A DNA stretch of 40,017 nucleotides, from positions 1-40,017 of the forward strand of contig JBKCUU010000014.1 of assembly GCA_046318155.1 (NCBI GenBank). The letters are read 5' to 3'. This document shows, piece after piece, positions 25,438-33,859 of this stretch (positions within the stretch are counted from its first letter, which is position 1; each line of letters starts with the position of its first letter). A program made the translations under genes and the position numbers. The notes under the pieces were generated by a model. That model did not search any database and was not told where the DNA came from. It saw only the letters and a program-made list of their open reading frames with translations. Source of the DNA: Bdellovibrio sp. Lineage in GTDB: Bacteria; Bdellovibrionota; Bdellovibrionia; Bdellovibrionales; Bdellovibrionaceae.

Positions 25438-26389
25438 AGTTCAGGAGCAACTCCAAAAAATCTCTAACGCAAGTTTTAATAGTTCGGAGCCTTCGCCTCC
25501 CCCGGAGCCCATGACCGAAGCTGCGGCAACTCCAGTTGATCCAACTCTAGAGGTCAAGCACGAACTTGAGCAAATCCGCCTTCAGCGTGAGGAGCTAAAA
25601 AAAGAACTCGAAAGCCAGGCACAGCAAAGAGCGGATGACTTAAAGAAAATCGAAGAGAAGACGGCCGCTGAAGAACTTTTGTCGCAAAAAATTAAAGATC
25701 TCGAGAAAGAAACGGCCCGGCTCAAGAGCCAGGCATCTGTCGCCCCTACTCCGGCTAGTCCCGACGAAAAGCTTAAGGAGCAAGTTCTTAAGCTTCAGCA
25801 GGAACTTAAGGCGGTCAAGAAAAAGCCAGACTTACAGGCCGATCTGCAGCGCTTGAAAGATCAGCTCGAGAAAGAAAAAACTAAGGCTGTGGCGATCGAG
25901 CAAGATCAGTTGAAGGCAAAAGAGCTTGAGAAGATCAACAAGGAGCTCGCTGAAAAGCAAAAGAGTCTCGAGGCTAAGCTCGAAGAAATGCAAAAAGAGG
26001 CCAAGAATCAAGCTCAGTTTATGATCGTGATTTTGAAGTGGTCTTCAGAGAAGCACGATTTGGATTTGACGGTAACGGATCCCAGCGGCAAGGTTTTTAA
26101 TTTTAAAAACCGAAAGTTCGCAAGGCATAGCGGCGAGTTCACGTTGGATTCACGCAGTGGTCCCGGGGCCGAGATCTGGCAGAGCGATAAAGTTTTGGCG
26201 GGGACGTACACCGTGACTTGGAAGCTTTACAATACGTACGGAAATGACAAGCCGGTCGTTTTCTCGGGCTTTATTTCTACGAATCGAAGCCGAGTGCCGA
26301 TCCTCGAGGGAGCTTTCCAAGCTCAGTCCGGCAAGCTGCAAACAGTTAAGATCCAAGCCGATGCCAAAGGTAATCTGACCAAACTCTAA
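25421..26389 (+). CDS. coiled-coil protein with a C-terminal YfaP/DUF2135-like beta domain (probably 5'-truncated)
   Basis: Long E/K/Q/L heptad region, then ILKWSSEKHDLDLTVTDPSG...LDSRSGPGAE...GTY. The GTG start lies inside motA with no Shine-Dalgarno. Confidence 0.75.
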   Translation: MVPAEQVQEQLQKISNASFNSSEPSPPPEPMTEAAATPVDPTLEVKHELEQIRLQREELKKELESQAQQRADDLKKIEEKTAAEELLSQKIKDLEKETARLKSQASVAPTPASPDEKLKEQVLKLQQELKAVKKKPDLQADLQRLKDQLEKEKTKAVAIEQDQLKAKELEKINKELAEKQKSLEAKLEEMQKEAKNQAQFMIVILKWSSEKHDLDLTVTDPSGKVFNFKNRKFARHSGEFTLDSRSGPGAEIWQSDKVLAGTYTVTWKLYNTYGNDKPVVFSGFISTNRSRVPILEGAFQAQSGKLQTVKIQADAKGNLTKL

Positions 26390-26405
26390 GACGGTTTCTT
26401 GAGGA

Positions 26406-29400
26406 TCAAAAGTCGTCTTTGAGAGCGTCGACTGTAAAATCAGATTCTTTAAGGCCTGAGTTCACCTTGATGTTCTTGAGCTCAACATCGGTCCGGCGTT
26501 TGTTGACCGGGTTAAAAACTTTGATCAACTGCGCACGTGAAATGCCGTTAGAGTTCGTATAATTCGAAAACTCGACAGTTTTTGCGAGAACCGCGCCTCG
26601 AAAGTAATCGGCCTTAAGTGGAAGTGCAGCGGGTTCAGAGAGTGTGATGATCACGTGGCTATAGGATGTGGGACCTGATGATTTCAATCGAATATGGAGC
26701 CTTGCAGAGCCCTTCTGGCGGTCAAGTAGCCGGGCTTGAGCGGATTGGATGGAGACCGGACTTAAGTCCTGCGTGCTCAGTTCTGAACCCAAGAGGCCAC
26801 CTTGGCCAGCAGCGCCGGTGATGCGCCGAATTTGTTTGGTTGAAGGTAGATAGATCCATTGTTTTTGCGACGTGCCCTCGAGTTCAGCTAAAAGAGCAGT
26901 TCCTTTGACGTCGGCGGGAGATTGAATTCGAACGAGGGCCTTGCCGCCCTTTGACGTCTTTAACGACTTGAGATCCATTTCGCGAATTTTGGTTTCGCCA
27001 TTTTTTTCGATAATTTTAAGCACGACAGTGGCTTGGTCTGATTTAGACTCAAGATTCTGACGTGCCTTTTGGAGGAGTCTGCGAGCTTCTTTGCCCTTGT
27101 CGGGGGCCGCTTGTAAACTATGGGGCGCTAATGAAGCGGCCAAGAAAACCAAAACCCAAAGTGATTTGCTCAACAATGGAGCCCGGACTTTTGCCGGAAG
27201 GGTGAGGCCCTTTTGATCATGTAGCCAATGCGGAAACTCACGCAGTAAAGCGGGGAGAAACACAAGATCACCAATAAACCCGGCAAAAATAGAAACGAGC
27301 ATGAAAACTCCAAAGCTTTGGTTCAACTCAAACTGCGAGAGCAAGAAGGCAAGAAAACCGACGAACAGGACAAAGGATTCTGAAAGACAGGGGTTGCCTT
27401 CGAGCAAGAGCGCTCGCCTCAGGGGCAGCTTGTTCATACCCGTGGTTTTTTGAATGTGGCGCAAACGGCTCAGCAAATAAACTGTATTGTTAAACGCCAG
27501 GCCCAGCGCAATCGAGAAAACGAGAGCGATGCCTGGCTTCACCGGCGTCTGAGTCACAGCGAGAGCACCCATCAGGATCGCGGGGGGAATAAAGTTTGGC
27601 AGGCAGGCGACGAGGGCCCAGCGAACCGAGCGAAAGACGAGGGCCAGCAAAATCCCGATGATCGCCAGTGAATGCCAAAACCCGTAGACAAGTTCTTTCG
27701 CCAGTGATTGATTTAGGGCGTGCGTGATGAGGGCCGGTCCCGCCTCTTGAATCTTGTAGGTGGGAAAAGTTTGTTGTGTTATCAGCATCATCTGGTAGCG
27801 AGTAGACGCCAGACTGTTTGAGGGCAAGTCTCTCATACGCAAAGCCATGCGGATTTCTTTGCTGTCGGGAGAGATGTAGTTTTTGAGCGGATTTTGCGCC
27901 GCCATCGAATACAGAAAATACTGTTCTGAAATGGCAGTCGTGTTGGTGCGTCCCGCCGCCGGGATAAAATCAGCAACCGAGAGCACGGAGCCAACGGCCG
28001 GGAGTTCTCGGAGGCGAACCGACAGTTGCTCAAGCTTTTTTAGATTCTGGGGGTCGTTCCAGACGCCTTCTTTGGGGCTTCTAATCGTCAAATGCAAGGG
28101 CAGTGTTCCGCCAAATCTGGCGTCAATGTTCTCGGTAGCAACGCGCACAGGATCTTTTGCTGGGAGATCATCAAACAAGCGGCTCGAAAAATTGAGACGC
28201 GTGATCGTGGCACCCGAAACGACGGAGATCGCAATCACGAGCGAAACGATGGGGATGCTGAGCTTCATCAGTGGCAAGATCCAAGTTGCTCGGGCCTGAT
28301 TCCAGCGCCTGGCATCGGGATTTGTCCATGGAAGAGCAACGTACAAAACGAATTGTCCAAAAAGCCAGGTCCACAACACCGTCGCGCCCACCGTCCAGGC
28401 ATAATTCTGAATGGCCGGAATCACCGTCCAAGATAATGTGAGAAAGCCAATCGCCGTTGTGATGCTCCCTAGCAAGTTGGCGAGAAACATCTCTTTCAGC
28501 AATCGGAGTGTTAAGATCTGTCGCTCGAGCCAACTGGCCGGCTGGTGCTTGGCCAGCATTTCACCCCAAGGATGGAGCGTGTGCAGGATCAAAGAAATAA
28601 AAGTCGTACTGACGATAATGGGAAGGGTTGAGAGCAAAACCGAAAACGAAACATTTGCGAGGGCCAAGCCAGCCAGGCAACTCAGGTTGGTGAGTGTAAG
28701 GCCAACCAGGGCCAAAACCAGAGGGCTTCCACGCTTGTAAAAGAAAAACATCAGTCCGCAAAACAAAAACAGACTGACGATCAAAAACTTTTGCAGTTCG
28801 GCACCAAGTTGAGACGACATTTGTGCCTGCACGGCTGGCGCGCCACCAATATTGATGGCGACGTTCATTTTTTTAGGGAGCGTCCGATTGAGAGCGGCAT
28901 TGATGTCAGTCGAAAGACTTTGGAGCTCCGTCGTACCATGAATCGCGGGTTCGACTAAGATCACAACCGAACGAAGGTCTTCAGAGATTAGTTGTGATTT
29001 GAGCAAGGTTTGCCCTTGAACCCAGGGCTTCCATTGTTTTGCTGGCAAATTGTCAAAGATGGGCCCGATCTCAATCGCATTTTTTGTTTGCAAGGCCATT
29101 TCTAAGTTGGTGAGACTCAACACTTTGGCAACTCCCGGGAGCTGCTCAAGGGCGCTGGTCGCCTTCTTTAGAGTTTCAACACGTTGGGGAATCAGCCAGG
29201 TTTGGTTGCGCGACGGCAGTGTGAGCGAAACTAAAAAAGAAGAGCTCTCTTCAAGTTGATACTTATTGACGATTTCTTCGTCATTCTGAAGTAAGGCATG
29301 ATCGCGAGGAAAAAAGTCACGAAAAGAATACTGAGTCTGAAGGTCCTGAACTTTGACGAGGGATACGACGCCGAGAGCGGCAATGAAAGAGATGCAGACA

Positions 29401-29447
29401 GCGACTGAAATTTTGACACTAAATGATAAACTGACGGGCAATTTCAT
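26406..29447 (-). CDS. MMPL/RND-family transporter fused to a C-terminal LolA-like (lipoprotein-sorting) domain
   Basis: Two MMPL repeats (SITTAIGF, FGG, LPNFIP, SIALG, DLVFLPALL), then an extra hydrophobic segment and SPADVKGTALL...QWIYLPSTKQIRRI...LLGSELSTQDL, typical of LolA-like domains. Confidence 0.9.
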   Translation of the reverse strand: MKLPVSLSFSVKISVAVCISFIAALGVVSLVKVQDLQTQYSFRDFFPRDHALLQNDEEIVNKYQLEESSSFLVSLTLPSRNQTWLIPQRVETLKKATSALEQLPGVAKVLSLTNLEMALQTKNAIEIGPIFDNLPAKQWKPWVQGQTLLKSQLISEDLRSVVILVEPAIHGTTELQSLSTDINAALNRTLPKKMNVAINIGGAPAVQAQMSSQLGAELQKFLIVSLFLFCGLMFFFYKRGSPLVLALVGLTLTNLSCLAGLALANVSFSVLLSTLPIIVSTTFISLILHTLHPWGEMLAKHQPASWLERQILTLRLLKEMFLANLLGSITTAIGFLTLSWTVIPAIQNYAWTVGATVLWTWLFGQFVLYVALPWTNPDARRWNQARATWILPLMKLSIPIVSLVIAISVVSGATITRLNFSSRLFDDLPAKDPVRVATENIDARFGGTLPLHLTIRSPKEGVWNDPQNLKKLEQLSVRLRELPAVGSVLSVADFIPAAGRTNTTAISEQYFLYSMAAQNPLKNYISPDSKEIRMALRMRDLPSNSLASTRYQMMLITQQTFPTYKIQEAGPALITHALNQSLAKELVYGFWHSLAIIGILLALVFRSVRWALVACLPNFIPPAILMGALAVTQTPVKPGIALVFSIALGLAFNNTVYLLSRLRHIQKTTGMNKLPLRRALLLEGNPCLSESFVLFVGFLAFLLSQFELNQSFGVFMLVSIFAGFIGDLVFLPALLREFPHWLHDQKGLTLPAKVRAPLLSKSLWVLVFLAASLAPHSLQAAPDKGKEARRLLQKARQNLESKSDQATVVLKIIEKNGETKIREMDLKSLKTSKGGKALVRIQSPADVKGTALLAELEGTSQKQWIYLPSTKQIRRITGAAGQGGLLGSELSTQDLSPVSIQSAQARLLDRQKGSARLHIRLKSSGPTSYSHVIITLSEPAALPLKADYFRGAVLAKTVEFSNYTNSNGISRAQLIKVFNPVNKRRTDVELKNIKVNSGLKESDFTVDALKDDF

Positions 29448-29518
29448 TTTGCGCTCTCGCTCACTTTTTTTCGTTCGTCAATCGATAAGTGGGGTAAGAT
29501 TTGATCGACGAGGTTGTT

Positions 29519-31003
29519 ATGACAGAGTACCAACATTCTATTCGGCTTTCAAAAATTCTCGCTTTAGCGATTCTTTTCTGTCCCTTGTTTTTAGGGGCCG
29601 CTCAAGAAGCTTCGGGACTACAGATGCGCTTGTCCATTCCTTGGACACAAATCCAAAAAATGATCCAGACCGAAGTGCGAAACTCAGGTGCTTTTGTCAA
29701 AAGTATGACTGATTCTTCTTTGCAAGTCGGCGAGATCCGCGCCTTTGTTGCGACCGGGAAAGTGGACTTTGCGGGGCTGCAAAAAATCACCTCGCAGGTG
29801 GGTGAATCTCGTTTTGATTTTGGCGTCGAGGGTTCGCGGTTGCGAATTCAAGTTCCTACTTTTAAAATTGATCAAGAGATTGAGCGGGCTGTCGCAGGCG
29901 GGGTTCTTCGTGTTCGCATTCAGGCGACGTGCGGACCTCTGGTGCTGTCGCAAGCTTTTAAGAACGTCGCGGGCCGCTATCGATTTGGTTTGCAGGATTT
30001 AAAGATCGTTGGCGCTTTTGAGTCACTTCAAGTTGAACCCGATGCGGCTCAGTTTCAGATGCAGGACCTGGTCTGCCAGGGGGCTCCAGGGCTAGATGCC
30101 TACCTCCAGAAAAGAATTTTAGATTTGGTGAGATCGCCCGCATTTTTGTCATTGAAAGTACGAGAGTTCGTTGAACCGTTTTTGCAAAGGGAACTGAATG
30201 AAAAGGTTCAACTCTTAATCTCGGGTCTTCAAGTTCCAGGGTCAGCACTGGGTTCGCAGTCGCGTCTTGTTCTCAAATCTGTTGAGCAAACCGAACTCGG
30301 GTTGCGAGCTTCGCTGGATTGGATTTTTGATGAGCGCTCTAACAATTTGCTGGCGGCTCCTGACCGCCCCAGGGACAATACTGATTTTGGCTCGCGCATG
30401 GGTTTGCAAATTTCAAAAGACGGATTTGAACTACTTTTGCGCCGCTATCTTCAACAGCAGCCTGAGTGGACGACGCTCAAGGCGAATGATTTTGCTGATT
30501 TCCAAAAGCTTTTGTTCTGGCGATTTGCGCAGTTCTTTGTGTGGCCCGATCTTTTTAACTTTCCAAAAAAGGCGACCTTTCCTTTGTTGATTCAAAAACC
30601 CGAGATTCAAGCTGTTCACTTCAGAGGCACAAGTTTGAAGTTGAAAGCCAAAACCACTGCTTGGCTCCAAGCGCCAAGAGATGGAAAAATTTGGTACTAC
30701 GTGGCTCTGATGGCGCGGGTGAATGGCGAATTTGAACCGATGATAAGCAATGGTCAATTGAAGTTGCAAGCAAGGGCGGTGACAAGTCAGTCCAAAATTG
30801 GGTTTGGCCAAGATTACGTCAATCGGTTCGGCCCCAATCAGTACATCGCCTCAAGCGTGACCGAGCCACTTGTCGACAATTTACTCAAAGAGCGCGCGTG
30901 GAGTTTTGCACTGCCACAAGTGAAGCTGTCCTCAAATCTGACCGTGAAAGTTCAGAGCTATCGTTTGCAAAACGAGACGCTCCACCTGCTTTTGGCTCCG
31001 TAA
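29519..31003 (+). CDS. secreted/periplasmic hypothetical protein, possibly TULIP/BPI-like
   Basis: GAGG Shine-Dalgarno, signal-like N-terminus, long amphipathic beta strands alternating with helices, a Cys pair. The fold is a guess. Confidence 0.75.
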   Translation: MTEYQHSIRLSKILALAILFCPLFLGAAQEASGLQMRLSIPWTQIQKMIQTEVRNSGAFVKSMTDSSLQVGEIRAFVATGKVDFAGLQKITSQVGESRFDFGVEGSRLRIQVPTFKIDQEIERAVAGGVLRVRIQATCGPLVLSQAFKNVAGRYRFGLQDLKIVGAFESLQVEPDAAQFQMQDLVCQGAPGLDAYLQKRILDLVRSPAFLSLKVREFVEPFLQRELNEKVQLLISGLQVPGSALGSQSRLVLKSVEQTELGLRASLDWIFDERSNNLLAAPDRPRDNTDFGSRMGLQISKDGFELLLRRYLQQQPEWTTLKANDFADFQKLLFWRFAQFFVWPDLFNFPKKATFPLLIQKPEIQAVHFRGTSLKLKAKTTAWLQAPRDGKIWYYVALMARVNGEFEPMISNGQLKLQARAVTSQSKIGFGQDYVNRFGPNQYIASSVTEPLVDNLLKERAWSFALPQVKLSSNLTVKVQSYRLQNETLHLLLAP

Positions 31004-31047
31004 ACTTGCCTTGTGCCTGAGATCTTTAGTCGCTAGGATCCTGAGGC

Positions 31048-32322
31048 ATGTGGACGCTGCTGTTGACGTTCTTTGTGGCTTCGGCCGGTACTTCCGGAAA
31101 AATCTCGCTGGACGGGCACGTGCTTTTTAAGGCGCCGCCCGCGCCTGTTTCACAAGTCACGGGTGCTTCGACATTTTCAGTTCAAATGAAGGACAAAATT
31201 TCGGAAGCTTGGCGCTGGAAGTTTGAACCTGAGCTTCGGACTCGTGGTCCCGGCGAACTTTCGGAAGTTGATATCGAATGGAATGCGCGCGAGAGTTGGC
31301 TCGAGTACAGATCGGGCGAATTTCGCTTGCAAGGTGGAAGTCTTATTAAGGCTTGGGAAGGGACCGATGGTGTCAATCCCATGGACTTGGCGACGCAAAA
31401 AATTCTGACCGATCCTTTGCGTTCAGAAAACTTGGGATCATTTGGTTTGTGGGCACAGTGGAACCACTCACCTGTGACGCTTGAGGCCCTATGGATTCCG
31501 GACCAAACCCGAAGCGTGTTGCCCGGTGATCACGCCGGGTGGTGGCCTCGTGAAAACGAGATCCCTCTTGAGCAAGATGACGCCCGTTTGCAAGTTCCTG
31601 AAAATCCCGAGTTCGAGATCTTGCCCCGAAAAGATTTGAACGATGCTTACAAGAATAATTTTGGTGCCCGTTTGCGTGGGCAGTTTGAGACCGTCGATCT
31701 TTCCTTGGCTTTTTTTGAAGGTGCGACGCAAACACCGGCCCTGACGCCTGATCAACGCGGACTTCTTGTCGGAGTTGATCCCGATGGAAGGTTTGTCATC
31801 TTGCTTGATAAGCCGATTCGAATCCAGCCGGTGGATGACCGGCGGCGTTCAGCAGCGATCGGTTTTAACTACACGGCAAAATCTTTTATTTTTCGGACGG
31901 CCGCTCGTTACGATACAGCGGTGCAAAAAGACAAAAGTCGTTTGAATGACACCACTCAGGCGGTTGCAGGTCTAGAAAAAACAGTCGAGCTCGGATCGCG
32001 GACTTTTATCTTGCTTGGTCAGTATGCTTGGGGCCGCGAGAGTGAGCGCACGGGAACTGCGGTCTCGGTGCAAAGTCTTTTTGCCGATGCTTACCTATTT
32101 GGGGTGCGCGGCGTTTGGTCTGATACGACATCGCTGCAATTGGCGGTCGTTTATTCGGCTTCAACAAAATCGTCATTTGAGCAGTTTGATCTTGAGCGCA
32201 GGTTGAGCGACAACTGGGTGCTTCGTACGGGCGCTGATATTTTTCAAGGACCCTCAAATACGTTGATTGGTCTTTGGCGGGACCAGAGTCGGCTGCGCGT
32301 TGGCGGCGATTTTATCTTTTGA
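31048..32322 (+). CDS. outer-membrane beta-barrel protein (DUF1302-like)
   Basis: Signal peptide, RESWLEY, WEGTDGVNPMD motif, alternating strands, C-terminal Phe (GGDFIF). Confidence 0.8.
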   Translation: MWTLLLTFFVASAGTSGKISLDGHVLFKAPPAPVSQVTGASTFSVQMKDKISEAWRWKFEPELRTRGPGELSEVDIEWNARESWLEYRSGEFRLQGGSLIKAWEGTDGVNPMDLATQKILTDPLRSENLGSFGLWAQWNHSPVTLEALWIPDQTRSVLPGDHAGWWPRENEIPLEQDDARLQVPENPEFEILPRKDLNDAYKNNFGARLRGQFETVDLSLAFFEGATQTPALTPDQRGLLVGVDPDGRFVILLDKPIRIQPVDDRRRSAAIGFNYTAKSFIFRTAARYDTAVQKDKSRLNDTTQAVAGLEKTVELGSRTFILLGQYAWGRESERTGTAVSVQSLFADAYLFGVRGVWSDTTSLQLAVVYSASTKSSFEQFDLERRLSDNWVLRTGADIFQGPSNTLIGLWRDQSRLRVGGDFIF

Positions 32323-32508
32323 TTCCAATCCCAGATTGGCGGGCCACCGGCCGCCGTGCCTTTTTTTTCAGGCAACCACGAGCCTTGCTCTTTGATGCGT
32401 CGCACGTCAAGACTTTTGGGGATGCTCTCCGTTGACTCACCTGCAAGCTAATTCTAAGACCTGGGCTCACCATTGCCCAATGAGGGGCTCATTTCCCGGA
32501 GGTTTTGA

Positions 32509-33036
32509 ATGAAGAAATTGGCGCTCTTATTGGTTTTTTGCCCCCTGATGGCATCGGCGCAAGGTAAAAACCGTTCGTACGCATCAACTGGCGCAAGTGA
32601 AGTTGGCGTTGGTTTGGGTTTCACAAAGGGTGCATTTAACATTGCAGCTCAATACGAAAAGCGGAGCGACGGACTTGGCCATGGTGGCTACTTCTTTTTT
32701 CAAGCTGATAAAGAAAAGAACGGCTCGAAAAGTGTCAATCAAGTGATGTCATTTGGTGGTCAGATGAAGGCTCATGTTCTCAATACAAACCGCGTGGACG
32801 CTTACCTGGCACCTGGTTTCGGTTTGCACATGATCAAAGATGTTCCCGATGCTTCTGCAAGCAGCGGCAAAACAGACGTGACGGCTTTTGGGCCGACCTT
32901 GCGAATCGGTGTTTTGCTTCCGATTTCACCAACAATGAAAGTCGGCTTGGACCGTCTTGAACTTTGGAACTGGTTTGATGAAAAAGCATCTTCAGCTTAT
33001 GCCTTTTACAGCGCGACGATGGCTTTTGATTTCTAG
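32509..33036 (+). CDS. small outer-membrane beta-barrel protein
   Basis: GGAGG Shine-Dalgarno, signal peptide MKKLALL...ASA, about 8 amphipathic strands, YLAPGFG, C-terminal Phe. Confidence 0.85.
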   Translation: MKKLALLLVFCPLMASAQGKNRSYASTGASEVGVGLGFTKGAFNIAAQYEKRSDGLGHGGYFFFQADKEKNGSKSVNQVMSFGGQMKAHVLNTNRVDAYLAPGFGLHMIKDVPDASASSGKTDVTAFGPTLRIGVLLPISPTMKVGLDRLELWNWFDEKASSAYAFYSATMAFDF

Positions 33037-33068
33037 TTTTTGACCAAAAACTTTGAGCCTTCGTGCTC

Positions 33069-33102
33069 AAAAAAAAGCGAGGTTTGCACCTTGCTTTTTT
33101 TT
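33069..33102. terminator. bidirectional intrinsic terminator
   Basis: A8-GCGAGGT-TTGC-ACCTTGC-T8 between convergent genes. Confidence 0.85.
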
Positions 33103-33105
33103 GAA

Positions 33106-33618
33106 TTATTTTGTGAGTTCTTCTTTTGTGAAAAGTGGCTTCAAGTTTAAGTCGGCCTTCGCCAACGGGTGGCCCTCGCCTCTGTGAATCACGCACAGCA
33201 CATCGGTGATAATTGCGCCCGCTTTGCGCAAATCTTCAGTGCTGAGTAGAACTTGTCCACCCGTTGTAATCACATCTTCAATGATACAGACTTTTTTTCC
33301 GGTAAAGTCGCGCCCTTCAGCAATTCGGCAGGTGCCGTACTCTTTTGCTTTTTTGCGCACGAACAAAGCGGGGAGACCAGTTTCGAGAGAAAGCGCCGTG
33401 GCGATCGGAATGCCGCCCATTTCAAGACCCGCCAAAATCTCGGTTCCTGCGGGAATCAGGGGTTTCATTTGTTTGGCAATTTCGCGCAAGAGTTCGGGCT
33501 CGGCTTCGAAGCGGTATTTATCGAAATACTCATTTGAAGTTTGACCCGAGCGGAGCTTGAACTCGCCCCGGAGGTAGGCAATTTGGTAGATTTTTTGACC
33601 CAATTCTTGGCGTGTCAC
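33106..33618 (-). CDS. pyrE: orotate phosphoribosyltransferase
   Basis: GEFKLRSG..S..YFD, VRKKAKEYGT, IIEDVITTGG; GTG start at 33618 after AAGGGGGA. Confidence 0.95.
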   Translation of the reverse strand: MTRQELGQKIYQIAYLRGEFKLRSGQTSNEYFDKYRFEAEPELLREIAKQMKPLIPAGTEILAGLEMGGIPIATALSLETGLPALFVRKKAKEYGTCRIAEGRDFTGKKVCIIEDVITTGGQVLLSTEDLRKAGAIITDVLCVIHRGEGHPLAKADLNLKPLFTKEELTK

Positions 33619-33684
33619 TCTGTCCCCCTTTGGGTGGCCTGGTTCTTGCCAAGTATCATGTCTTGAGAGGAGCTCGAACTCAAC

Positions 33685-33858
33685 ATGAGGCATGGCACAA
33701 AATCGGATTATGAAACCCTGAGTCTTTTTGTGATCTTAGGGGTGCTCACGTTGGTGCTGGTTTTGGGCCTGAGGCTGGTTCTTTTTGCACCGACGGACCC
33801 GTCGATCGTCTTACCTGAAATCAAGGCCGAGCAGTCCCTCTTGCCTGGTGGCCGTTGA
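33685..33858 (+). CDS. 57-aa single-TM small protein (below the ORF-track cutoff)
   Basis: MRHGTKSDYETLSLFVILGVLTLVLVLGLRLVLFAPTDPSIVLPEIKAEQSLLPGGR*. It fills the pyrE-CNNM gap, with GAGAGGAG upstream. Confidence 0.6.
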   Translation: MRHGTKSDYETLSLFVILGVLTLVLVLGLRLVLFAPTDPSIVLPEIKAEQSLLPGGR

Positions 33859-33859
33859 C

